Assembly: GCA_044225365.1 (NCBI GenBank)
Contig: JBGAIQ010000018.1
Span: forward strand, 32,001 to 96,000
DNA length: 64,000 bases
Source of the DNA: Planctomycetota bacterium
Lineage (GTDB): Bacteria > Planctomycetota > B15-G4 > JADJEK01
Reading direction: 5' to 3'
The notes under the pieces are model-generated. The model searched no databases and was not told the origin of the DNA. It saw only the letters and a list, made by a program, of their open reading frames with translations. Below are positions 18,843-28,466 of this stretch, in pieces; position 1 is the stretch's first letter; each line of letters opens with the position of its first letter. The translations under genes were made by a program, and so were the position numbers.

Positions 18843-21800
18843 TCATCGATGCGGTTCGGGTGGCTCGGTGGAATCGCTTGGTCCGCCCGAGGCGCCGCCT
18901 CGGATTCGTTCCAAGATCTTGTACATCCCACGGATCGAGATCCCGAGCCGACGTGCCGCTTCGGCCTTGTTGCCCCGCGTCGCCGCGAGCGCTTCCTCGA
19001 CGATCGTCTTCTCGCAGGTAGCGAGGCGGTCGTGCAACGACCCATCGAGCCCACTGCCGAGCGGGGATTCGGCACGCACGGTCATCATGGGCGGCAGATC
19101 CGAGACTTCGACCAGGGGTTTATCGCCTCGCAGGAACAGTAGGCGTTTCACTTCGTTCTGCAGTTCGCGAACGTTGCCCGGCCAGGTGTACCGCTCGAGC
19201 ACGGCGAGCGCTTCCTCGGTGAAGCGCCGTGGCGGGATCTGTCCCGCGTTGCGAATCTCCTGAATCAGATGATCGATCAGCAGTCGCACGTCGCCTTCGC
19301 GTTCGCGCAGGGGTGGCAACTCCACCTGCGCCACTCCGATGCGGAAGTAGAGATCCTGCCGGAACGACTGCGCCTGGATCATCGCCTTCAAGTCGCGGTG
19401 CGTCGCGCAGATGATCCGAACATCGACCTGGATCGGATCCTTGCCGCCGAGGCGGTGGAACTCGCCGTACTGGATCACACGCAGCAATCTCTTCTGCACC
19501 TCCGGACTCATGTCGCCGATCTCGTCGAGGAAGAGACTGCCCTCGTGTGCGACCTCGAAGAAGCCCTTGTGATCGCGATCCGCGCCCGTGAACGCTCCCT
19601 TCATGTACCCGAAGAGCTCGGATTCGATGAGGGACTCCGTCATCGCGGCGCAGTTCACGGCGACGAAGTTCTTGGACTTGCGCGGACCGTTGTAGTGCAC
19701 CGCGCGAGCGATCAACTCCTTGCCGGTCCCGCTCTCGCCCTGGATGAGGACGGGGAAGTCTGTCTCCGTGATGCGATCGATGAGCTTCAGAACCTCGCGC
19801 ATCTTGGGACTCTGGGTGGCGATGTTCCGATAGTCGTATCGCAGTTCCTGCATGCGACGCTCGGCTTCGATCGTGTCCTTGGCCTCGGTGAGCTCACGCT
19901 CCTGTGCCTTCACCCGTCGCATCAACTCGGCATTCAGACGCTCGTTCTCCTGCTTCGCGCGCAACAGATCGTTCGTTCGCTCGAGATTCTCCTGGTAGAG
20001 GCGAGCCCGTTCGAGCGCGATGCCCGCGGCCCATGCGAAATCGGTGAGAACGGCGAGTTCACTCGAGTCGAAGCGATCGACGACGTCGGGATGATCGAGA
20101 TAGATGCTGCCGAGCACCTCGTTGCGACTGCGTAACGGCACGCACAGGATCGAGAGGACTCGAAGTTCGTGGATCGACGCGATCGAGCGCAGACGGGTGT
20201 CGGAGAGAGCGTTCGAGGTGAGGATCGGCTCCCCCGTGCGTGCGACTCCGCAGGCGATCGAGTGACTGATCTCGATCTCGGGGTGAGCGACGTCTTGCTG
20301 CGAGAAGTTGCGAGCGACTTTCACTTCGAGTTGCGCGCCGCGCACGAGCACGAGGAATCCGCGCCGCGCCCCGCACAGACCGATCGAGGAATCGAGGATC
20401 AGGTTGAGCAGGCGCTGTGGATCGAGTTCCGAGTTGATGGCCTTGTTGATCTCGATCAACCGCTCCATCCCGCGCATCCGGCGATCGAGGCCGGCGAATC
20501 CGACGGTTCCGGATCCTCGTGTCTCGACGGCTGCGAGATCGCTCCACCAATCCGTGGCGAAGTGGCCTGCACCCGCAAACGTGAGCCGGCCGAAGGTCTC
20601 GCGTGCGGCATCGGCGTCGGAGCGCGCGCCGCCGAGCAGACTCGCCGCCGTCCCCGCGTCTCCCGCCGAACGCGACTGCGCGAGGAGGCGCCCGCGACGC
20701 AATCGCGACGATCCACGGAGCGAAACGACGATCGCCCGCTCGAGCGCGAGGCCGGGCGCCATGACTCGCGCGAGGGCGGTCTCGAAATCGGCATCGACCG
20801 CGGCGTCTAGTCGTTCTACGGAATTCACCGCTCGAATCGCGATCAACTGCGCCAGTAGCCCGTCCTGCTCGTCGAAAACACCGATCTCGAGACCGGATGA
20901 AACGGCCGTCTCGCAAGCGTCCCGATCACCGCTCCGCAACTCCGCGACGGCGATCGCGAGCCACGCCTCGGCCTCGAGGCGCGTTGCGCTGCGCGAACCC
21001 GATTCGGCCAGCAACCTCTTCGCGATGCGACGAGCCCGTTGCGGCCGACCTCGAAAGGCATGGAACTCGGCAACTGCGAGGAGGATCTCGCTTCCGAACG
21101 ACGAAGAAGCATCGATCCGACTCGCGCGCAGCGCGGCAGCGAAGCGTACGCGTGCCTCGCGCTGTGCTCCGCGCCACGCCAGCAATCGACCGAACGCGGC
21201 GATCCCCACGGCGACGAACGCCGGCGAACCGCACAGACGGCGCAGATCGATGCTCTCACGGAGCATCCGTTCCGCGACGTCGAAGTTGCCGCTGCGCATT
21301 TCGGTATCGGCGCCGTAGCGCAGGAACGCCGCCCGACTTTGCTGCGTCGAGGCGCGCGAGAAGAGTCGCTTCCCGCGTAGCAGTGACGCACGCGCCGCCG
21401 ACAGGTCGCCCACCAGGTTCTCAGCATGGATCAACAGGATGAGCGCGTTCTCGGCTTGCGCCGGAATCGCGGCCGCTTCGAATGCCTCGACCGCCGCCTG
21501 GATGCGATCGATCGCTTGGCCGCCGCGACCGCGCAGGAGCAGCAGCCGTCCGAGATTCGACGATGCATGCGCGAAGATCTCAGCGCGCCCGATCCGCTCG
21601 CCCACCTCGGCCGCACGGTCGTACGCGGCGGCAGCCCCGTCGAAGTCTCCGAGATCGGAGAGTGCGCTCGCGCGCTCCATCCATGCCGAAGCGAGTTCCG
21701 GGGACGGTGCGACACCCGCCGCTTCGATCGCACGCGCCGCCGCTTCCGCGGCATCGCGCGGGCGACCCCGCTTGCGATGGATCTGGGATTCGACCGCGGA

Positions 21801-24035
21801 GAGAACGGCTCGCGTGGTTCCGAGCGCGCCTTCGACCGTCCGCCCTCGCGCGATCTCGGCCTCGGCTTCATCGAATGCGCCGCGACGGAGTTGGGAGCGC
21901 GCGAGGATCGCGTGACAACGCACGACGTCGTCCGCCGCTTCGGGACCGATCCGGGCAGACTCGCCGGAGCCGAGAGCGAGCGCGAGCGATTCGGTCGCGT
22001 GCGTGATCGCGCGCTCGTTGTCGCCAAGGAACGACGCGCAATCGGCGAGCGATCGCAACGCACGCCGCCGCGTGGAGTCCGTCGGCACGGATCGCCCGGA
22101 ATCCTCGAGGACGTGCATGAGGAAACGGGTCGCTTCCTTGGCGCGACCCGCGGCTCGGAGCTCGATGGCCGCGTCCAGCATCTCCCGCACTCCGAGATCG
22201 CGATCGCCCGAGTGCGAGAGGAGGAGACCCGCTTCCGCCTTGCGCAACGAATCGGGATGGATCTCACGCAGGATCGCGGCTCCGATCGCTCGCTGCCGAA
22301 CGATGACGGCCGCTGGAGTCGCCGTCCGGGTGGCGGCGAGCGCGAGCGCGTGGCTTGCGAGGGCGACCCGCTGATCCACGTCGCGCGTGACGCAACGACG
22401 TTCGATCAGTCGATCGAGCGCGAGAGGCGCAGCGGCACTCGACAGGCTGGGATGATTCGCCGCGACGAGCGTCGGATCGACTGCGAGCGGGGCGAATGCG
22501 AGGGTTCCCACCCATTCCGTTTCGAGCGCGGAGCAGGTCGCGAGTTGGAGCGATGCGGATTCGAGGGCTGCCGGATCCGCCACGAGGGGAATCGGGCGCC
22601 AACTCTCGACCAGGACACCGCCGGTGACCGCGCGGATCACCCCACACTCCACGAGGTGAGCGAGGCCCCGCCGCACGCCGAAGGGTGTGAAGCCGCGCGG
22701 ACCTCTCAGCGCAGGCAAAATTGCATCGGGCAATTCGATTTCGAGCGTCTTGCTCACCGCTTCGCGAACTTCCGCCTCGGTAGGACTCGCCACCTCGATG
22801 AGGATCGGCATCGCGTCGCGGATCGCACTCGGTAGAGGACTCTCGTCGTCGAGCAAAACGACGGTGCGTGCCGGCAACGCCGTGAGGGCGGTGGTGAATC
22901 CGTCGCTCGAGAACGCAGCAGCCGCATCGCGAAGGTCGATCCAGGCCGACGAAGGCGATGGCGATCCCGGCTCGTTCCGTCGCGAGAGCGGCGAGAGATC
23001 GACGCCCCGCGCTGCGAGATCGACCCGCAGTCGAGTCACGAGGTCATCGCTCCCACTCGGGAGCGCGATGACGACGGGACTCCTCCCGGGCGACAGATCC
23101 GTCGCGATTCGAACCGCCAGGTCCCGTTCGTCGCTGAATGGAATCGAACGAACGCGGGCGAGCATGTCTTCGTGCGGCGCGGCGACGCTCGCATGCCGAA
23201 CCACCGGCGAGATGCGCTCGAGGAGGTCCACCACCTCCTCCGCAGAACCGAGCCGACGATCGGGCTCCCGGCGAAGCAGCGCGGCGACGAGTTCGTCGAG
23301 TCCCGCGGGCAACGACTTGGCGATCGCTCTCGGGAGTTCGATGTCGGAGGCGAGGTGACGGCGAAGGACCTCCACTGCGTCGTCGCCGTGAGTCGGTGGT
23401 TCACCGACCAGCAGTTCGTAGATCACGATCCCGAGCGAGTAGAGGTCCGACCGAGTCGTCGCCCGTTGCCCATCGATGATCTCGGGAGCGAGATAGCGCA
23501 ACGTCCCGCTGCCCCGCGACGAGTCCGTAGCGGTCGTCGCGAACCCGAAGTCGATGAGAACCGCCCGCGAGCCGTCCGAACCCTCGCCCCGGCAAACCAG
23601 GATGTTCGCCGGTTTGAGATCGCGATGAAGGACGCCGCGGCGATGCACGAACGCGAGAGCCCGCGCGACCTCGGCGATACGAGAGAGCAGGACGTCGATC
23701 TTCGACTCGCTTGCGAGACTCCTCGTCGCCTCCAGAAGGTCGGCTCCGTCGAGAAATTCGTACACCGCGACGAACTCCCCGGATTCGGCGTCGAAGAAAG
23801 CGTCGAGGAGCCGGACGATCCCGGGATGCGAAACGCCCGCGAGCAATCGCGCTTCGCTGCGCGCGGCGCTTGCGCGATCGCTCGGGAATCGCTTCAAAGC
23901 GACCCGAGTTCCGGCTCGAGAATCGACCGCGAGCTCGACGCGGCCACTCGCACCTTCTCCCAGGAGGCGGAGCGGCGTATAAGAGAGCGGTTTGCCCTCG
24001 GACTCGTGGAACTCGGTACGGTCGGCGTCGGTCAT
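18843..24035 (-). CDS. Ser/Thr protein kinase - TPR - GAF - sigma54-interacting AAA+ - Fis HTH fusion
   Basis: Kinase motifs LGEGASG, VALK, HRDLKPAN, DFG and APE. TPR-like helices. GAF region (LNLILD...SILCVPL...GSIYLD). GESGTGKE, GAFTGA, LFLDEIG, WPGNVRELQN and HTH GNKAEAARRLGIS. Confidence 0.92.
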   Translation of the reverse strand: MTDADRTEFHESEGKPLSYTPLRLLGEGASGRVELAVDSRAGTRVALKRFPSDRASAARSEARLLAGVSHPGIVRLLDAFFDAESGEFVAVYEFLDGADLLEATRSLASESKIDVLLSRIAEVARALAFVHRRGVLHRDLKPANILVCRGEGSDGSRAVLIDFGFATTATDSSRGSGTLRYLAPEIIDGQRATTRSDLYSLGIVIYELLVGEPPTHGDDAVEVLRRHLASDIELPRAIAKSLPAGLDELVAALLRREPDRRLGSAEEVVDLLERISPVVRHASVAAPHEDMLARVRSIPFSDERDLAVRIATDLSPGRSPVVIALPSGSDDLVTRLRVDLAARGVDLSPLSRRNEPGSPSPSSAWIDLRDAAAAFSSDGFTTALTALPARTVVLLDDESPLPSAIRDAMPILIEVASPTEAEVREAVSKTLEIELPDAILPALRGPRGFTPFGVRRGLAHLVECGVIRAVTGGVLVESWRPIPLVADPAALESASLQLATCSALETEWVGTLAFAPLAVDPTLVAANHPSLSSAAAPLALDRLIERRCVTRDVDQRVALASHALALAATRTATPAAVIVRQRAIGAAILREIHPDSLRKAEAGLLLSHSGDRDLGVREMLDAAIELRAAGRAKEATRFLMHVLEDSGRSVPTDSTRRRALRSLADCASFLGDNERAITHATESLALALGSGESARIGPEAADDVVRCHAILARSQLRRGAFDEAEAEIARGRTVEGALGTTRAVLSAVESQIHRKRGRPRDAAEAAARAIEAAGVAPSPELASAWMERASALSDLGDFDGAAAAYDRAAEVGERIGRAEIFAHASSNLGRLLLLRGRGGQAIDRIQAAVEAFEAAAIPAQAENALILLIHAENLVGDLSAARASLLRGKRLFSRASTQQSRAAFLRYGADTEMRSGNFDVAERMLRESIDLRRLCGSPAFVAVGIAAFGRLLAWRGAQREARVRFAAALRASRIDASSSFGSEILLAVAEFHAFRGRPQRARRIAKRLLAESGSRSATRLEAEAWLAIAVAELRSGDRDACETAVSSGLEIGVFDEQDGLLAQLIAIRAVNSVERLDAAVDADFETALARVMAPGLALERAIVVSLRGSSRLRRGRLLAQSRSAGDAGTAASLLGGARSDADAARETFGRLTFAGAGHFATDWWSDLAAVETRGSGTVGFAGLDRRMRGMERLIEINKAINSELDPQRLLNLILDSSIGLCGARRGFLVLVRGAQLEVKVARNFSQQDVAHPEIEISHSIACGVARTGEPILTSNALSDTRLRSIASIHELRVLSILCVPLRSRNEVLGSIYLDHPDVVDRFDSSELAVLTDFAWAAGIALERARLYQENLERTNDLLRAKQENERLNAELMRRVKAQERELTEAKDTIEAERRMQELRYDYRNIATQSPKMREVLKLIDRITETDFPVLIQGESGTGKELIARAVHYNGPRKSKNFVAVNCAAMTESLIESELFGYMKGAFTGADRDHKGFFEVAHEGSLFLDEIGDMSPEVQKRLLRVIQYGEFHRLGGKDPIQVDVRIICATHRDLKAMIQAQSFRQDLYFRIGVAQVELPPLREREGDVRLLIDHLIQEIRNAGQIPPRRFTEEALAVLERYTWPGNVRELQNEVKRLLFLRGDKPLVEVSDLPPMMTVRAESPLGSGLDGSLHDRLATCEKTIVEEALAATRGNKAEAARRLGISIRGMYKILERIRGGASGGPSDSTEPPEPHR

Positions 24036-24180
24036 TTCGCTGGCCGATCATTCTACGGTCGCCGGGCAACGATCGAAGCGCAACGTTTTCAGCGTTGTCG
24101 GTCGAACCGTTCCCGAGGGATTGCCGTTCCTCGAGAACTCACTTCGGATTCGCGCATGGGTGGACGAGCAGGAGCAGAGG

Positions 24181-25701
24181 ATGAAGTACGGAAGTAGCAC
24201 TCGCTGGGCCCTCACTTGCGCCGCGGTATTCGTCGCGGCGTCGATCGCCCGCGCCGACATCGTCTTCCTCAAGGACGGGAAGAAGGTCGAAGGCAAGATC
24301 ACGCACAAGGACGACGCGCAGATCACGCTCGTGACCAAGCTCGGCCCGATGACGTTGAAGACCGCGGACATCGATCACATCGAAGCCGGTCGCACTCCCG
24401 AGGAGGAGGTGGCGTATCGGGTCGATCAAGCGAAGGGAGATGCCGCGAAGTTGTGGGACGCGGCGATGTACGCCCGCGAGAAGAAGCTGACCAAGCAGTT
24501 CAAGGAGATCGCGGCCTCCGTGGTGAAGGCCGATCCGAATCACAAAGAAGCGAACCAGGCGCTCGGCAACATCGAAGAGAATGGGAAGTGGTACACGCCG
24601 GCCGACTACGAGAAGGCCCAAGCGAAGTACGCCGCGCAGATGAAGGCGGAGGGCAAGGAATTCATTGAGGGGCTGTGGATGCCTCACGACAAGGCGCAGA
24701 TCTACCGCGGCTACGAGAAGGATCCGGAGACCGGAGAGTTCCTCCAACCCGTCGAGATCTATCGCAAGAAGTGGGCGAAACTCACGAAGCCGCTGCTCGG
24801 GATCGAACTCCAGACCAAGGAATCGGAGCACTTCGTCCTGCGCAGCAATCTCCCGGAAGACACCCAAGCGAACATCCTGAGCGTGCTCGAAGCCTGCACG
24901 ATGCACTTCTACGACCTGTTCAAGCTGAACGCGAAGGAGCATCGCGTCATGGACGGTAGTCCGTTCATCGGGCGACCGACCGCCGTCTACGTCCTTCCGG
25001 ACATCGGAGTCGTTCCGAAGTTCGTCGAGACCGGCGGCTACATGGAACAGATCTACAACACGCCGAAGGGCGTGAACGAGCGCTACACCACGGACAACTC
25101 GTTCCCCGTTTTCTTCCCGAGCCCGCTGATCGTCACGTCCCTGGGCGCCCATCTCATCAGCGGCCAGGAGGTGAGTCTCAACGGCTACCTGACGAACCTC
25201 GAGGGCAACATGCTGATCCGCCGCTTCAAGCGCGGCGGCAAGGTGCCGGGGTGGGTCGAGGCCGGGATCACGTATTACTTCGAGGCGCGCTTCAACAACT
25301 ACGCGACGCTCACGCTCGCCGAGTTCGCGGGATACGAGAACGTCCACCCCATCGATGACAGCTTGCTCTCGTTCCAGGCGTGGTATCAACGCGCGGCGGA
25401 TCCGCAGTTCCGAGCGACTCTCCCCACCTACGAGTCGATGCGCAAGCACCCGATCGAGGAACTCGACGCCGTGTCGATCGTGAAGTCTTACTTCCTCGTT
25501 CGCTGGCTCCTCGACACCGATACCGATCGCTTCGTCGATTACGTCCGCAAGGCCTACGAACAGAACACCGACGTACGACCGATCAAGGAGACGTCGGAGG
25601 AGCAGGCCTTCAAGGAAGTCTTCAAGATGACGGCGGACGAATTCGACGCCAAATTCCTCGACTGGCTCGCCAAGAACCCCCCGGTCCCAGCCCCGTTCTA
25701 G
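24181..25701 (+). CDS. Secreted protein with a gluzincin/peptidase MA-like fold lacking HExxH
   Basis: GGAG/GAGG RBS, signal peptide ending ARA, DIVFLKDGKKVEGKI, then ESEHFVL, VPGWVEAGITYYFE and KSYFLVRWL. Confidence 0.7.
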   Translation: MKYGSSTRWALTCAAVFVAASIARADIVFLKDGKKVEGKITHKDDAQITLVTKLGPMTLKTADIDHIEAGRTPEEEVAYRVDQAKGDAAKLWDAAMYAREKKLTKQFKEIAASVVKADPNHKEANQALGNIEENGKWYTPADYEKAQAKYAAQMKAEGKEFIEGLWMPHDKAQIYRGYEKDPETGEFLQPVEIYRKKWAKLTKPLLGIELQTKESEHFVLRSNLPEDTQANILSVLEACTMHFYDLFKLNAKEHRVMDGSPFIGRPTAVYVLPDIGVVPKFVETGGYMEQIYNTPKGVNERYTTDNSFPVFFPSPLIVTSLGAHLISGQEVSLNGYLTNLEGNMLIRRFKRGGKVPGWVEAGITYYFEARFNNYATLTLAEFAGYENVHPIDDSLLSFQAWYQRAADPQFRATLPTYESMRKHPIEELDAVSIVKSYFLVRWLLDTDTDRFVDYVRKAYEQNTDVRPIKETSEEQAFKEVFKMTADEFDAKFLDWLAKNPPVPAPF

Positions 25702-25826
25702 AGCACTCCTTCGTCACGACGACCTGAACGAACGCATCGAAGTCGTTCCTCGAGCGTATACTGTGCCCGTCCACCCGTGGCACAATCCCGCTCGATTGCA
25801 ACTCGTATTCGAGGCTGAAGGCCGTA

Positions 25827-27344
25827 ATGCGAAAGAACATGCGATTCACCCGTCCACACGCTTCATCGTTCCTCCTCGCCGCTCTCGCAGCGGCGGTCCC
25901 GTGCGCGATCGCGATCGCCGACACCGTCACCAAGAAGGACGGAACGAAGATCGAAGGCAAGATCATCGAGCAGAACGACGCCGGCGTGACGATCGACACC
26001 ACGCTCGGTCAGCTCAAGATCCCGAAGGCGGACATCAAGGACGTTCAGACCGGCAAGACGTCCGCCGAGCAGTTCCAGGAGAAATGGGACGCGGTCGACC
26101 GCAAGGACGCGAGCGCACTGCTCGATCTTGCGAAGTGGTGCGAAGAGAACAAGCTCTCGCGTGAAGCGAAGAAGGTCTATCGCGAGATCGTCGACAAGGT
26201 CGAACCGAACAACGAGGCGGCGCGCCGCGCTCTCGGCTTCGTGAAGGTCGGAGACACCTGGAAGACGAAGACCGAGATCGACGCCGAGAAGAAGGCTGCG
26301 GACGACAAGGCCAAGGCCGAGAAGAACAAGAACGCGAAGCCCGACAAGGCGAAGACCGACAAGAACAAGAAGTCGGGCAAAGCCACCGCGGGCGGCGACC
26401 TCGAATTCCCGCCGGACATCAAACCGTTCATCGAGGCGGGCAAGGAGAACGCGACGGAGGACAAGAAGCTCGCGTCGTCGATGAAGGACGACCTGAGTCG
26501 AAACTTCTCGACGCTCACCTCCGAGAACTTCCGAATGGCGATCCAGCTCCCACCGGACGACGCCGCCACCCATCTGAAGATTGCCGAGAAATGCCTGTTC
26601 GACGCCAACGGCATGTTCGACCTCGGCGCGGACAACAAGACGTGGAGCGGCAAGATGATGATCTTCGAAGTCAACCAGAAGGGTGACTTCCACGATCTCA
26701 CCAACTGGGTCCACAAGAACTACGCCGAGATCCCGGACCAGATGCGGAAGTCGAACAAGGACTCCGGCGGCCTAACCTTCGGCTCCCCGAAGGGCCCGGT
26801 GTGCACGTTCTATGAATCGGGTGTTCCGCTCAAGAATGCGATCCCCCAGTGGGTCGGGATGTTCTTCATCACCGGTTACTCACGCAACGGCGTCCGCGAG
26901 TGGATGCGTCAGGGCTTCGCGATGAACCTCGCGATCCACGAGTTCGGCGTGAGCCTCCTCACGTTCGTCACCGACACGAAGTACGAGAACAACGTCGAGA
27001 TCGCCGACAAGAACTCGGACAACGCCTACAAGCTGCTCTGTTGGGACATGATCGAAGGCCGCCTCGAGACGGGCACGCATCCGTGGAACGAGCTGCGCAA
27101 GAAGGACCTCAACGCTCTCGACTACGCGGATCTCGCGAAGAGCTGGAGCATGGTCGACTTCCTCATGAACGAGAAGAAGGAAGAGCTGAAGAAGTTCCTC
27201 GCCATCTGCGCTCAGCACAAGGACGAGGAGGACGCGCTCCGCGCCGCCTTCGGCTTCGATGGCCTCGAACTCGACAAGCAATGGGAAGCCTACGTTCGCG
27301 CGAACTACGAGAAGGCGCCGCCCTCAGCGCCGAAGAAGAAGTAA
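25827..27344 (+). CDS. Secreted paralog of the preceding gene (gluzincin-like fold, no HExxH)
   Basis: Signal peptide ending AIA, DTVTKKDGTKIEGKI, TSENFRM, EWMRQGFAM and AKSWSMVDFL. The start may be 25839. Confidence 0.72.
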   Translation: MRKNMRFTRPHASSFLLAALAAAVPCAIAIADTVTKKDGTKIEGKIIEQNDAGVTIDTTLGQLKIPKADIKDVQTGKTSAEQFQEKWDAVDRKDASALLDLAKWCEENKLSREAKKVYREIVDKVEPNNEAARRALGFVKVGDTWKTKTEIDAEKKAADDKAKAEKNKNAKPDKAKTDKNKKSGKATAGGDLEFPPDIKPFIEAGKENATEDKKLASSMKDDLSRNFSTLTSENFRMAIQLPPDDAATHLKIAEKCLFDANGMFDLGADNKTWSGKMMIFEVNQKGDFHDLTNWVHKNYAEIPDQMRKSNKDSGGLTFGSPKGPVCTFYESGVPLKNAIPQWVGMFFITGYSRNGVREWMRQGFAMNLAIHEFGVSLLTFVTDTKYENNVEIADKNSDNAYKLLCWDMIEGRLETGTHPWNELRKKDLNALDYADLAKSWSMVDFLMNEKKEELKKFLAICAQHKDEEDALRAAFGFDGLELDKQWEAYVRANYEKAPPSAPKKK

Positions 27345-27369
27345 CGCGTCGACCGGCGCTGAAAGCACA

Positions 27370-27405
27370 CGGGGCGGTGGAGTCCGAGCGGACACCATCG
27401 CCCCG
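27370..27405. terminator. Hairpin between convergent genes (possible bidirectional terminator)
   Basis: CGGGGCGGTGG...CCATCGCCCCG stem with an inner GTCC-GAGC-GGAC hairpin. No U-tract. Confidence 0.45.
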
Positions 27406-27434
27406 AATCGTTGCAGGCGAGACTCGGAAAGCTC

Positions 27435-28466
27435 TCACCCTCCGGCGGGGCTCAGGCTCTCGATCATGCTCTTCACTTCTTCGGGCTCGACCTTGCCCTC
27501 GATGTGAATCGTCGTGCCGTCCACGTCGAAGTAGGTCTTCACGTAGCCGCCGAGCACGTCGAAATGGACGTGGAGCGGAGCGTTGTCGGGGTAGTTGGGA
27601 GGCTCGATCTCGGGAGTGCCCGTCGCAGCGTACTGCGCTACGAAGATCTCCTGGAGACCGTCGGTGTACGAGAACGTCAGCACGGGGTGCGTGGCGATCG
27701 TTGCGAGCTTCACGGACGCGAGCGAGAAGCCACTCGGGATGTACGAGGAGACGAAGGACTTGAAGTTGACGAGACCCGCGAATTGCGTGCTCGACACGTC
27801 GACGGGCGGCGTGATCGGCAGATCGGGGAACGCGTCCTTCTTGGCGTTGTACGTGAAATCGACCTCGATCGTCTCCATCTCCGCAGCGAGCGCGTCGGTC
27901 GGGAGGTACTCGAGATACTTGAGGGTGACGTAGGTCTCCATATCGGACCACACGAGATAGTGTGGACGATCGGATTGCTTCGGATTGACCTCGGACACGA
28001 CGCACGGTCGCCCCGCCACCACCGCCGTGGCGGAGAGCGGATTCACCGTGTAGTTCTGGAGGAAACGCCCGGCGTCACGGATCGCGAAGTCACGACCCGA
28101 CGCGACGAAGCGACCACGGCCACCGTCCAGCAACTTCTGCATGAGCTGGAACTGCTGATACTCCTCCGGTGTCATCGTCTGCGGCGTGTCGCCGTTGAGC
28201 ATGAGCAGTTCGACTCGCGAGCGGCCATCGTCTGCCTGGACGAACTTCTCCGTGTAGCTTGCGATCTCGGGCCCGGAGAACGAGGTGTACCGCCGCACCG
28301 CGAGGAAATCGGCCTTCTTCGAAGCCGACACCGCAGCACTCGACCCGAATCCCGAAGCCGCGAACTTGTTGCCCGGGCCGCAGGCGGTGACCGATGTCAG
28401 GATCAACGCGACGGGAAGCCCAGTGAGCGCCAACCAACGACGGTGATCGAAACGGAAGCGAGTCAA
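27435..28466 (-). CDS. MucB/RseB-like lipoprotein (sigma-E regulatory protein)
   Basis: TTG start overlaps the anti-sigma stop, with a GGAGG RBS. Lipobox VTAC. LolA/RseB-like segment VAGRPCVVSEVNPK...YLVWSDMETYVTLK and C-terminal YIPSGF...FSYTDGLQEIFV. Third gene of an ECF operon. Confidence 0.68.
   Translation of the reverse strand: MTRFRFDHRRWLALTGLPVALILTSVTACGPGNKFAASGFGSSAAVSASKKADFLAVRRYTSFSGPEIASYTEKFVQADDGRSRVELLMLNGDTPQTMTPEEYQQFQLMQKLLDGGRGRFVASGRDFAIRDAGRFLQNYTVNPLSATAVVAGRPCVVSEVNPKQSDRPHYLVWSDMETYVTLKYLEYLPTDALAAEMETIEVDFTYNAKKDAFPDLPITPPVDVSSTQFAGLVNFKSFVSSYIPSGFSLASVKLATIATHPVLTFSYTDGLQEIFVAQYAATGTPEIEPPNYPDNAPLHVHFDVLGGYVKTYFDVDGTTIHIEGKVEPEEVKSMIESLSPAGG

Noticed and set aside
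25778-25800. Sigma54 promoter TGGCACAATCCCGC before the second gluzincin-like gene
   Set aside because: The GG-to-GC spacing is 9 nt, not the required 10. It may instead be an extended -10 (TGGCACAAT).
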